Assembly: GCA_050012475.1 (NCBI GenBank)
Contig: JBEKHC010000093.1
Coordinates: forward strand, 1-19,603
Length of the DNA: 19,603 bases
DNA from: Candidatus Velthaea sp.
GTDB taxonomy: Bacteria; Vulcanimicrobiota; Vulcanimicrobiia; Vulcanimicrobiales; Vulcanimicrobiaceae
Direction of reading: 5' to 3'
Shown: piece by piece, positions 7,987-16,579 of the stretch
Layout: every line of letters begins with the position of its first letter
Numbering within the stretch: the first letter of the stretch is position 1
Position numbers and translations under genes: made by a program
The notes under the pieces: model-generated
Told to the model about the DNA's origin: nothing
Database searches by the model: none
Seen by the model: the letters and a program-made list of their open reading frames with translations, nothing else

Positions 7987-8280
7987 TTAGCGCTTGCGGC
8001 GATTGCCCTTCGCAGCCCGCAAGACCGCCGGCACGGCGACGGCGGGCGTCGCGCTCTCCGCGGCCGGGGTGCCGCTTTCAACCCGCGCCGGATCGGGCAA
8101 ACCGGCGGCCTCGCGATTGGCGCGCTGGATCTCCTCGAAGACTTCCGATCGATGGACCGGTATCTCGCGCGGCGCATCGATGCCTAACTTGACCTGGTCG
8201 CGATCCACCGAAACGACGACGATCCGGACGTTGTCGCCGATCATGATCGCCTGGTTGAGCTTCCGGGAAAGAACGAGCAT
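7987..8280 (-). CDS. csrA: Carbon storage regulator CsrA, FliW-regulated type (97 aa)
   Basis: [58 protein letters not shown] 8280 with SD GGAGG; C-terminal extension and Asn55 as in Bacillus-type CsrA. Confidence 0.96.
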   Translation of the reverse strand: MLVLSRKLNQAIMIGDNVRIVVVSVDRDQVKLGIDAPREIPVHRSEVFEEIQRANREAAGLPDPARVESGTPAAESATPAVAVPAVLRAAKGNRRKR

Positions 8281-8285
8281 GGCAG

Positions 8286-8297
8286 GCCCTCCGTGGC
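8286..8297 (-). promoter_or_regulatory. Putative CsrA site overlapping the csrA SD
   Basis: GCC-ACGGAG-GGC hairpin with an ANGGA hexaloop, 5 nt upstream of the csrA ATG. Confidence 0.6.
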
Positions 8298-8342
8298 AAA
8301 CCGTCGGCGACGTACCAAGCGGCCTTCCTCTCGTTCGCGAAA

Positions 8343-8846
8343 CTAGCTCGGATCGACCTCTTTTGCGTCGCCGGAGTGACGGATGACGGGCGTTCGGACC
8401 GAATAACGCTGGTTCTCCAACGTCACCTGACGGCCGATGCGCGTCTCGAGGTTGATGACGATGGGAGCCAGGAGATTGATCGTCGTCTCGCCGGAATCCG
8501 GCCGGGCGACGAGGACGCACATCACGCAGAAACCGTCGGGACGCTCGATCTTCAGCGACTGCTTCGCGTACTGCGGAAGCGGCGCTTCGTAGTCGTCGAA
8601 CAGCGACCACGGATCGCAGATGGGGATCGCGATCCCGAGGTCGTCGAGGCTTTGCAGCCAGATATACCCCTTTTCCTCATCCACCGAGATGACCAGGAAT
8701 CGGTGCAGCGCCGCGAATCCGGGTAGCCCCCACGGAAAGCGGATGATCTCCGATTCGCTGTACGTGCACTCGCCGAAGCGCGGCAAGACCAGGGTCTTCG
8801 AACCTTCGAGCACTTTGTAATCGTCTTCGTCCAGTAAAGTATCCAA
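8343..8846 (-). CDS. fliW: Flagellar assembly factor FliW (CsrA antagonist)
   Basis: RFGE...[11 protein letters not shown]...WLQSLDD...[11 protein letters not shown]...GRQV motifs; TTG start with SD AAGGAG; adjacent to csrA. Confidence 0.95.
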   Translation of the reverse strand: MDTLLDEDDYKVLEGSKTLVLPRFGECTYSESEIIRFPWGLPGFAALHRFLVISVDEEKGYIWLQSLDDLGIAIPICDPWSLFDDYEAPLPQYAKQSLKIERPDGFCVMCVLVARPDSGETTINLLAPIVINLETRIGRQVTLENQRYSVRTPVIRHSGDAKEVDPS

Positions 8847-8900
8847 GAGAACTCCTTACGTTGCGAGATGCCCGCCGCCGCGAGCAAACCGCGTCCGCAT

Positions 8901-10268
8901 CTATAAGTAGTCGAAGAGGTCTTTTGCTTCGAGACGCGAGGTCGTGCTATACGCCGCCGTCAAAGCCGTCTGAGTAAGGGTGAACTGCGTGGTCGCCTGA
9001 GCGATATTGGTGTCTTCAATCCCGCTTTGCACCGCAGTATTGTTGACGACGTCGGTACTGACTTGGGTGTTGATCTGCGCCAGCGCGTTCATTCGCGAAC
9101 CGATCAGCGATCGCGCGTCGAGCGTAACGCCCAGGGCGTTGCTGATGTCGCCGAGCTGGGTCGAGACCGTCTGCGGAAGCGTCGCTGAACCCGCGAGCGC
9201 GAAAGCGGTGGTGAAGTTCGAGGTGCCGGTTGCTCCCGCCGACGGCTCATCGGTAACGCTGAACGCGCCGCCTCCGGCATTGCTGAGCATGAAACGCTGC
9301 GTTTGAGCATCGAAGGACGCCGTGAGCCCGGTGGTCGCCGAATTGGCGTTGATCGCGCCGACGATACTGGCCGGCGTCGCGTTGTTCGGCGAGATCGTCG
9401 TTGCGTTATCGATCGCCGTCGTGCCGTAAAAGGTGTAGGCATTCACATGAGCGACACCCGACGCGTCGGTATTGTTGATCGAGATCGTATAGCTTCCCGC
9501 GCCGTCGGCCGTCGGCACCACCGAGAACGGCGAAGGCGTGGCCCCCAAGGTCGTCTGGCCGGGCGGCGTCGGCGTGCCGGCGCCGTAGATGACGTCCCCG
9601 GCGTGATTGATCGATTGCGCGCTCTGATCGGTGACGACGCCGCCCGTGAGCGTGTCGCGCAGGTTGATGAGCGTCTGAAAGACCGACGGCGAACCGTTCG
9701 TGGCGTCGAAGTTGAACGCTTGCTGGAGCGTCGGCGAAAGCACGAACGTTTGACCGTTGAAGAGCATCGGCGCTTGGGACTGCTCGTTCCCGTTGAAGGT
9801 CACCGACGACACGGGCGATCCAGCAGTCGTCACCGGCGGGCTCGACGACTGGACGCTGCCGCCGAAGAGATACGAGCCGCCGTACTGGGTGTTTGCGATC
9901 GCAATTGCCTGCTGCAGGTACTGATCGACTTCGTTGCCGACGTCCTGCCGCTCCGTCTTGGAAATGAGGTCGCTCGCGCCGCGCGTGGCAAGCTGCTCCG
10001 CGCTCTGCAGGACGGAAGTCAAATTCGCCAGCGCGCTGTCGGTCGAGGTCAGCTGAGCCGTCGCCGCTTGAATGTTCGTCGACTGTTGATTCTCAACCGA
10101 AATCGTCGTGTGGATGTTCAGGTCCAAGCCGATTTGCGTCGGGTCATCCGACGGCACGTTGAGCTGCTTACCGGTCGACAGCGAGTTGCCCTCGATTTGG
10201 TATTGCGTCTCCAGATTGTCGATCGCCGTGCTCTGGTTGTTATAGATCGACGACGTTGCGATGCGCAT
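8901..10268 (-). CDS. flgL: Hook-associated protein 3 FlgL
   Basis: MRIAT..., LSTGKQLNVPSDDP, IANTQYGGSYLFGG, C-terminal LFDYL; follows flgK. Confidence 0.93.
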   Translation of the reverse strand: MRIATSSIYNNQSTAIDNLETQYQIEGNSLSTGKQLNVPSDDPTQIGLDLNIHTTISVENQQSTNIQAATAQLTSTDSALANLTSVLQSAEQLATRGASDLISKTERQDVGNEVDQYLQQAIAIANTQYGGSYLFGGSVQSSSPPVTTAGSPVSSVTFNGNEQSQAPMLFNGQTFVLSPTLQQAFNFDATNGSPSVFQTLINLRDTLTGGVVTDQSAQSINHAGDVIYGAGTPTPPGQTTLGATPSPFSVVPTADGAGSYTISINNTDASGVAHVNAYTFYGTTAIDNATTISPNNATPASIVGAINANSATTGLTASFDAQTQRFMLSNAGGGAFSVTDEPSAGATGTSNFTTAFALAGSATLPQTVSTQLGDISNALGVTLDARSLIGSRMNALAQINTQVSTDVVNNTAVQSGIEDTNIAQATTQFTLTQTALTAAYSTTSRLEAKDLFDYL

Positions 10269-10286
10269 CTGTTCATTCGTCTTTCT

Positions 10287-12440
10287 TTAGGTGATCAGGG
10301 CGAGCACGGTTTGCATCGTCGCATTGAGCGATTTGAACGTCGACGCCGCCGCCTGGTAAGCGTTTTGAAATTCGATGAGATTTTGGGTCTGCTCGTCAAT
10401 GTTGATGCCGTCCACGCTCTGGCGAGCTTGATCGATGCTCGAGGCCAACGCCGTTTGCGTGGAAACACCTGTCGTCGCCGTCTGCGTGTCCAGTCCCATC
10501 TGGGCGATCAAGCTTTGATACGCCGCCCCCAAGGTCTGCGTTTGCGCGGTCGTGATCGGGTCGTTGACGTTGATCGCGGCCGAGGCGTTGACCGTAATCG
10601 TGCCGGTCGTCCGGTTCACGGCCGTTACGGGAACGTTTTGCTGGGTGCCGGTGACGGCGTTGACGATGGTGAGGACCTGCCCGACATTGACCGTCGAGAA
10701 CGCGCCGGGCACGCCGGCTGGCTGGGTGATCGTCACCGAGCCGGGCCCGGGCCCCGAAATCGCCGCCGCCGTCGTCTGCAAGGCCCCGACGCCGACGTTC
10801 TTGGAAAAGAGCGCGGTCAGCGCGTTCGCGACGCCGTTGTCTTGCGTCCCGTACGCGTTGGTCGGCGTCTGAGCGATCCCGTTGATGTTGGTCGCGCCCA
10901 GCGCCTGGAGCAATCCGGTCGCCGGCGTTCCCTGCGTGGCGGCGGCGCTGGGCGGCGTCGTGCCCGGCGGACCGTTCGAATCGGTGATCGTAAAGCCGGC
11001 CGTCGGCGCGTTCTGACCTTGCAGACCGCGGTGCACGGCATCGATATTGTTGGGATCGCGCGTGAAAACGATCGTTTGGCTCGTGGCGTTGAAGGTGGCG
11101 GTAACGCCGTAGTGGCCGGCGTTGAAGTTCGTCATGAAGTCGCCGATGGTCGCCGCATTCCCGCCGTTCCCCGTGTTGTAGGTGAAGGTCTGGGAAACGC
11201 CGTCGACGCCGACCGTGAGCGACCCCGTGAGCGCCGCCGCCGGCGGATTGGCCAGCGTCGTGTTGCCGTCGATCGGCAGCGATGTCGAAACGGTGTTGTT
11301 GGCCGAGTTCATCGCCGCGGTGAGGCTGCCCGCGGACGTCGATACGAGTCCCAGCGGGAGCTGCGTGGGATCGCTAATCGCCACGCTGATGCTGCCGGCG
11401 GTTATCGACTTTTGACCCAGCGGCGCGCTGAAGAGCGCCGTTCCCGGGTTGCTGTTGAGATCGACGCCCGCTTCGGTGACGCGGTTCATTTCGTTGGCTG
11501 CCGAACTGGCGAAGTTGTCGAGCTGCTGTCCGTATGGGACGAGCTTGTTGTTGTAGACGTCGGTGACCGCCCCGAGCTGGCCGTTGCCCAGCGAGAGCGG
11601 CTTCGGATTGCTCGGATTGGGGTCGTCGGCAAAACCGACCACCAGCGTCGGCGTGCCGTTGGCCGAGGTTCCGACGACGGGTGTCGCAAGATGATAGCCC
11701 ACCGTATCGCTGACGACGGGCTCGCCGTCGACGGTCACCAGCGCCGAGCCGTTGGGTTGTAACGACGTTTGGGTCGGAACGATCTGCGAGAGTTGGTCGA
11801 TGGCGTAGTCGCGCTGGTCCAAATAGGTATTGGGGTTGTCGCCGGCCGCAGAGAGACCGCGAATCTGCCCGTTGAGCGCTGCGATTTGATCGATGAGCGT
11901 ATTGGCTTGGGTGACGTAGCTGGTGCCCTGTGCGATATCGGACGTCTTCTGATCGGTAATCGCAGAGCTCGCCGAGTTCAGCGCGGTCGCGAATGTCTGC
12001 GCTTGGGACAGCACGCCCTGACGCACGGAGACCGAGGTGGGTGCTGCCGCCGCGTTCGTGATGGCCGTCTGAAGAGCGGAAAAGGCCGAATTGATCCCGC
12101 TGTTCGGCTCGCCGAAATTGCTCTGCACGTTCGAGAGCTGCTGCTGTTCGTTGGTGTAGTAGTACTGCGAGGACGACGCGCCGCGATACAGCTGATCGTA
12201 GCTGTTCTGGTGGATGCGCGTGATCTGATTGACGACCGCCCCTTCACCCTGCGTGTTCACCGTTCCGGTGTTCTCGCTATAGAACGGTGAGCCGTCGATC
12301 GGGATCGCTTGAGTCACGTTGGCAACTTGCTGAGATGCGCCCGCCGTCGACACGTTCGCAATGTTGTCGGAGACGACGTTTTGTGCTTCCTGGTAGGCGT
12401 CGATCGCGTTTCCGATGATGTTGAAGGAGAAAAAACTCAT
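10287..12440 (-). CDS. flgK: Hook-associated protein 1 FlgK
   Basis: VVSDNIANVSTAG, NTYLDQRD, C-terminal RQSVDGINIDEQTQNLIEFQNAYQAAA. Confidence 0.95.
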   Translation of the reverse strand: MSFFSFNIIGNAIDAYQEAQNVVSDNIANVSTAGASQQVANVTQAIPIDGSPFYSENTGTVNTQGEGAVVNQITRIHQNSYDQLYRGASSSQYYYTNEQQQLSNVQSNFGEPNSGINSAFSALQTAITNAAAAPTSVSVRQGVLSQAQTFATALNSASSAITDQKTSDIAQGTSYVTQANTLIDQIAALNGQIRGLSAAGDNPNTYLDQRDYAIDQLSQIVPTQTSLQPNGSALVTVDGEPVVSDTVGYHLATPVVGTSANGTPTLVVGFADDPNPSNPKPLSLGNGQLGAVTDVYNNKLVPYGQQLDNFASSAANEMNRVTEAGVDLNSNPGTALFSAPLGQKSITAGSISVAISDPTQLPLGLVSTSAGSLTAAMNSANNTVSTSLPIDGNTTLANPPAAALTGSLTVGVDGVSQTFTYNTGNGGNAATIGDFMTNFNAGHYGVTATFNATSQTIVFTRDPNNIDAVHRGLQGQNAPTAGFTITDSNGPPGTTPPSAAATQGTPATGLLQALGATNINGIAQTPTNAYGTQDNGVANALTALFSKNVGVGALQTTAAAISGPGPGSVTITQPAGVPGAFSTVNVGQVLTIVNAVTGTQQNVPVTAVNRTTGTITVNASAAINVNDPITTAQTQTLGAAYQSLIAQMGLDTQTATTGVSTQTALASSIDQARQSVDGINIDEQTQNLIEFQNAYQAAASTFKSLNATMQTVLALIT

Positions 12441-12919
12441 GCTTTGCGGCTCACCATCAGGCTGGCCGAGCGGCCCGACGCCTTACCCCGGCGACGATAG
12501 GTCCCGGCTTCGTCGTTCAACGACTTCTGGATGACGGCGATCGTGTTCGCGATTCGGGTCAACCCGGCGTTGATGAGCGTCTTGTTGTTGGCCACGGTGA
12601 TCTGCAGCGCGATCGCGCGCGTGCGCAGTTCGCGCAACGAGGTAAACACCGAGCGGCGCAAGGCCGGCGGAGCGTAGGCGCAAACCTGCCGCAGCTGCCG
12701 GTCGCCGAATCCGCGTTTCATCATGCTCACGCGGCGTTGATGCGCCTGGGCGTGCATGATGCGGCGCGCGTCCAGCATCCGATCGGCGGCCTCGATCTCG
12801 GCCGGCGTTCCGCACACCAAAACGCCCGTGAGCGCCAGCGCCGCTGCGCCCAGCTCGCCCAGACAGCGGTTCTCTTGCTCGAGCGCGTCCGCGAAGGCTT
12901 GCCACGACCCCGCGCTCAT
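12437..12919 (-). CDS. flgN: FlgN-like export chaperone
   Basis: 160-aa helical protein with LQITVANNKTLI and C-terminal GTYRRRG...LMVSRKA; ATGA-coupled to flgK. Confidence 0.75.
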   Translation of the reverse strand: MSAGSWQAFADALEQENRCLGELGAAALALTGVLVCGTPAEIEAADRMLDARRIMHAQAHQRRVSMMKRGFGDRQLRQVCAYAPPALRRSVFTSLRELRTRAIALQITVANNKTLINAGLTRIANTIAVIQKSLNDEAGTYRRRGKASGRSASLMVSRKA

Positions 12920-13302
12920 AGCACGCCGTCCGGTGCCGTTCGAGCTTTGGCGGCCGGCGCGGGATTGGCCAGAACGGACGCTTTGAGCTCGTCTTCGAGC
13001 ACCTTGCCGATGCCGAAGGCGCCGGTCTGCGCCAGCGCTTCCGAACGCTTCTCGTCGAGCATCTCGGTGAACGTCGTTTCGGCCGGCGAGAGTTTCTCGC
13101 CGGTGATCGAGGTCTGCGGCGAAGCTTCGCGCATCGACTTGAAGAGCATGTTCACGAACAACGACTCGAACTGTTGGGCCGCCGCGTGCAGGTGCTTGAG
13201 CGCAGCTTTCTGCTCGTCCGTCAACGGTTTGGCGGCTGCGGCGGGGGCCGGCGTACTCACAGCGTCGGCCGAATTGAGCGGCAATGATGAAGAGCTCATC
13301 AC
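12916..13302 (-). CDS. flgJ: FlgJ-like rod-binding (rod cap) protein, no muramidase domain
   Basis: LHAAAQQFESLFVNMLFKSMREA...FTEMLDE...FGIG rod-binding motif; only 128 aa; follows flgI. Confidence 0.85.
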   Translation of the reverse strand: MMSSSSLPLNSADAVSTPAPAAAAKPLTDEQKAALKHLHAAAQQFESLFVNMLFKSMREASPQTSITGEKLSPAETTFTEMLDEKRSEALAQTGAFGIGKVLEDELKASVLANPAPAAKARTAPDGVL

Positions 13303-14420
13303 ATGATATCCAAATCGGCTTGGAGCGAGCCCGATTCGCGCAGCGCCTGCACGATCGAGATGAGGTCGCGAGGCGAGACGCCGATCGTGTTGAGCGAACG
13401 CACGACCTGCGCCAGCGAGGGCGCCCCGCTGATGTAGATCAGCTTATGTCCGCTCTCGGTGGCTTTGATCGTCGTGTTGGTTTGCGTCGCGGCCTGTCCG
13501 TTCGTCAGCGGCGCTGCCGGCACGACGACGTTGCTGGGCGTGATCGTCAGGGTCAGGTTGCCGTGCGCGATCGCCACCGGCGCCAGCGTGATGTCGCCGC
13601 CGAACACGATGGTCCCGGTGCGTTCGTTGATGACGACTTTCGCGTTTTGGTTGGCGTTGAGCGAGAGATCGCTGGCATCGGCGAGGAACGACACGGGGTC
13701 GTTCGCATAGTGCGCCGGCAGCGTGACCCGCACGGTTTCGGCGTCGACCGCGCGCGCCGTCCCGGCGCCGAAGTGTCCGTTGAGCGCTGCCGCGGCACGC
13801 GCGGCGGTCTTGTAGTCCGGCGTCGTGAGCACGTACGAGAATCCGGCGCTGTCTTGCTGGATCGCCGTCGTCATGTCACGGGCGATGATCCCGCCCTGCG
13901 GCACGCGTCCGGCGGCGGTATGGTTCTTGGTGACGCTGGCGCCGTCTTGGCCGGCGGAAAAGCCGCCGACCGACACCGGCCCCTGGGCCGTCGCATACAC
14001 CAAGTTGTTCGCGCCTTTGAGCTCGCTGAGGATCAGCGTGCCGCCTTGCAAACTCGTCGCATCGCCCAGCGACGACACGGTGACGTCGATGTTGTCGCCC
14101 GAATGAGCGAAGGCCGGAAGCGATGCCGTGACGACCACCGCGGCGACGTTCTTGGTTTTCACGTCGTTGGTCGCCGTCGAAAGCCCGAAGGATTGCAGCA
14201 AGTTCTGCATCGTCTTGCTGGTGAACGTCACCGAATCGCCGGTTCCGGCCAGCCCCGTGACCAGCCCGTAGCCCACGAGCTGGTTGGCCGTAACGCCTTG
14301 CACGTGCGCGATGTCCTTGAGCCGAACGTCTTGCGCACCGGCCGGCGCGAACGTCGAGCCGGCGAGCAGCGCCGACAACGAGAGGCATGCCGCGAGTCGC
14401 CCGAGGTGCATGCCGCGCAT
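13299..14420 (-). CDS. flgI: Flagellar P-ring protein FlgI
   Basis: Signal peptide, RLKDIA, NQLVGYGLVTGLAGTGD, KNVAAVVVTASLP, SSLGDATSLQGGTL, KVVINERTGTIV. Confidence 0.97.
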   Translation of the reverse strand: MRGMHLGRLAACLSLSALLAGSTFAPAGAQDVRLKDIAHVQGVTANQLVGYGLVTGLAGTGDSVTFTSKTMQNLLQSFGLSTATNDVKTKNVAAVVVTASLPAFAHSGDNIDVTVSSLGDATSLQGGTLILSELKGANNLVYATAQGPVSVGGFSAGQDGASVTKNHTAAGRVPQGGIIARDMTTAIQQDSAGFSYVLTTPDYKTAARAAAALNGHFGAGTARAVDAETVRVTLPAHYANDPVSFLADASDLSLNANQNAKVVINERTGTIVFGGDITLAPVAIAHGNLTLTITPSNVVVPAAPLTNGQAATQTNTTIKATESGHKLIYISGAPSLAQVVRSLNTIGVSPRDLISIVQALRESGSLQADLDIM

Positions 14421-15028
14421 CAGAAGAGCAAGTCCAAAATCTTGCGCACGATGCCCTTGTGTTCTTTGGTCTGGTCGCCCGCGTAGTCGGCGTGCACGTT
14501 TGCCAGCCGCGTCGATGAAATCATATCGGTGTTGTCGATGTCTTCCGGCCGCGCGTAACCGGTAACGTGCAGCTTCTGCTTCTCGCCGTTGACGAGGATG
14601 TCTTGATCGCCCTCGACGAACAGCGCCCCCGACGGCATGACGTTCGTCACCGTCGCCATCATGGCCGAGGTGAACGCCGATGAGTCCGTTTTGGAGTCCG
14701 AGGCGTTGGAGCCCGTCGAGCCCGTGATGTTGGCGCCGATCCTGATGAGCGGGAGGTTGAAAAGTCCGCTGCCCGCACCTTGACCGACGGTATATCCTTT
14801 GGCCGTCGTCGACGTGTATGCGCGTTGCGCGCTCGTGGTGAAGTTGAACTGCACGGCAACCAGATCGCCGATCTGCGAGGCGCGGCGATCGGAGACCAAG
14901 CGGAGCGGGTGGCCGGGGGCGACGGGCGGCGGAGCTGACACATACAAGGTATCGGCACGAACGGGCTGAGCCGTAGCGAGGCAGACGGCCGCGATCGCTG
15001 AGGCCGTCAGCGTAGTGACAAGTTTCAT
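14420..15028 (-). CDS. flgH: Flagellar L-ring protein FlgH
   Basis: SDRRASQIGDLV, ATVTNVMPSGALFVEG, GYARPEDI...ISSTRLAN; upstream of flgI. Confidence 0.93.
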   Translation of the reverse strand: MKLVTTLTASAIAAVCLATAQPVRADTLYVSAPPPVAPGHPLRLVSDRRASQIGDLVAVQFNFTTSAQRAYTSTTAKGYTVGQGAGSGLFNLPLIRIGANITGSTGSNASDSKTDSSAFTSAMMATVTNVMPSGALFVEGDQDILVNGEKQKLHVTGYARPEDIDNTDMISSTRLANVHADYAGDQTKEHKGIVRKILDLLF

Positions 15029-15747
15029 TCGTTTTCTCCCGGCAGCGTGAGTTCGACGGTATTGGGCCCGGTCACGACGCCGCTGAGCGCCCGCTGGGTC
15101 TGCGGATCGAAAATCGTTACGTACTCGCCCAGTCCGCCGCTGGTGCGGGCCACGACGTCGGCGGCCAGCCGCACGGCGCCGTCGTGGACGATCAAGACCG
15201 CGGGCATGCCCGCGCGCACGATTTCGTTGACCGCCGTCAGTTCGGGATACACGACGGCGCCGCGCGCGATCACCGCGCGCACCTTACGCCCGACGAAGGT
15301 CTCGATCTCCAAGCCGGGGCGGCCGTTGAACGGGATGCGCACGTAACTGAGATCGTCGGCTGTCAACACGTCGCCGGCTGCCAAGTCGTGCGCAGCTACC
15401 GGCATCCGAACGTACGTCGTGATCCGAAAACCGGCGAACACCGTGCGCGCGCGTTTCCCGTCGATGTCGATTGCGATCGGCACGCTCACGTAGCTCGGGT
15501 TGAGCTGCGGCGTCCCCGTCGTGATCGCGAGAGCGCCTGCGGGCACGCGTTGATCGATGATTTGCAAAGTCGGCGCCAACGCGCGCTCGGGATCGGGAAC
15601 GAGCGAGCGCGCCACGCGCTCGGCCAGAGAAGACAGCTGCGCCGCCGGCACGATCTGGGTGGCATCGACCGGCGTGAGCGCGGCTGCGCCCGCCGGTGTC
15701 AGACCGATCGCAAGCGCGAGAACCAAGCCGGCGGCGCGGATCGTCAT
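15025..15747 (-). CDS. flgA: P-ring formation chaperone FlgA
   Basis: ATG 15747 (MTIRAAGLVLALAIG signal peptide) just after the flgG stop; SAF-like VAAHDLAAGDVLTADDL and C-terminal GGLGEYV...SGVVTGPNTV; lies between flgG and flgH. Confidence 0.85.
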   Translation of the reverse strand: MTIRAAGLVLALAIGLTPAGAAALTPVDATQIVPAAQLSSLAERVARSLVPDPERALAPTLQIIDQRVPAGALAITTGTPQLNPSYVSVPIAIDIDGKRARTVFAGFRITTYVRMPVAAHDLAAGDVLTADDLSYVRIPFNGRPGLEIETFVGRKVRAVIARGAVVYPELTAVNEIVRAGMPAVLIVHDGAVRLAADVVARTSGGLGEYVTIFDPQTQRALSGVVTGPNTVELTLPGENE

Positions 15748-15748
15748 C

Positions 15749-16537
15749 TTACGGTGACTTCGTGTTGACGGCGGTCTGCAGCATCTGATCGGCGGTCGTG
15801 ACCGCCTTCGAGTTTGCCTCGAACGCACGCTGGGCGGTAATCATCGCGACCATTTGATCGACGACGGAAACGTTGCTGTTCTCGATGTAACCGCCTTGCA
15901 GGGTTCCCGCGCCGTTGACGCCCGGCTGCGAAATCACCGGCGCACCCGAAGCCGCGGTTTGCGTAAAGAGGTTTTGACCGCCCGGAGCCAACCCCGCGTT
16001 GTTGGTGAAGCGCGCGAGCTGAATCTGCCCCAATGTTTGCGGCGCCGTCGCTCCCGGCAAGACCGCCGTCACCGAGCCGTCGGCGCCGATACCGACCTGA
16101 AGTGCGCCGGCGGGCACCGTGATCTGCGGGTTGAGAAAGTAGCCGTCGGAAGTGACGATCGAACCGTTTGCGTTCTGACTGAACGAACCGTCGCGCGTGT
16201 ACGCAATGCTGCCGTCGGGCTTGGTGACTTGGAAGAATCCGTCACCCTCGATCGCAGCGTCCAGCGGATTGCTCGTCTGGGCGATCGTTCCTTGGGTGAA
16301 GATCTTTGCCGACGAGGCAACTTTTACGCCCAAGCCGACCTCTTGCGCAACCGGCACCTGCGACGACCCGACCGGCGTGCCGGCCGCGCGCAATTGCTGA
16401 TAGATGAGGTCCTGAAAGCGCGCCTGGTTGCTGCGGAAGCCCGCGGTGTTGACGTTCGCGATGTTATTGGAAATGGTATCGATGTTGAACTGCTGCGCGG
16501 CCATCCCGGCCGCGGCGGTATACAATGCTCGCATCAT
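15749..16537 (-). CDS. flgG: Distal rod protein FlgG
   Basis: MMRALYTAAAGMAAQQFNIDTISNNIANVNTAGF, FQDLIYQ, LDAAIEGDGFF, YTRDGSF, ENSNV...MITAQRAFEANSK. Confidence 0.97.
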   Translation of the reverse strand: MMRALYTAAAGMAAQQFNIDTISNNIANVNTAGFRSNQARFQDLIYQQLRAAGTPVGSSQVPVAQEVGLGVKVASSAKIFTQGTIAQTSNPLDAAIEGDGFFQVTKPDGSIAYTRDGSFSQNANGSIVTSDGYFLNPQITVPAGALQVGIGADGSVTAVLPGATAPQTLGQIQLARFTNNAGLAPGGQNLFTQTAASGAPVISQPGVNGAGTLQGGYIENSNVSVVDQMVAMITAQRAFEANSKAVTTADQMLQTAVNTKSP

Positions 16538-16579
16538 AGCGCGTGATCTCCTACAAAACGCCGGCGCGTGCCGACAACA

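Noticed and set aside
8281..8610. N-terminal extension of CsrA in the 207-aa ORF call
   Set aside because: Overlaps fliW in another frame; the CsrA motif begins at ATG 8280 with a good SD.
9303..11762. 819-aa plus-strand ORF, and other long plus-strand ORFs such as 3343-5097, 13284-14486, 16568-17485 and 17347-18360
   Set aside because: Antisense shadows of well-supported flagellar genes; Arg-rich, no motifs, expected from high-GC codon bias.
15748..15828. Longer start calls for flgA (15828), and likewise flgF (17404) and flgB (19165)
   Set aside because: The extensions overlap the upstream gene, structured leader or promoter; internal starts fit family N-termini better.
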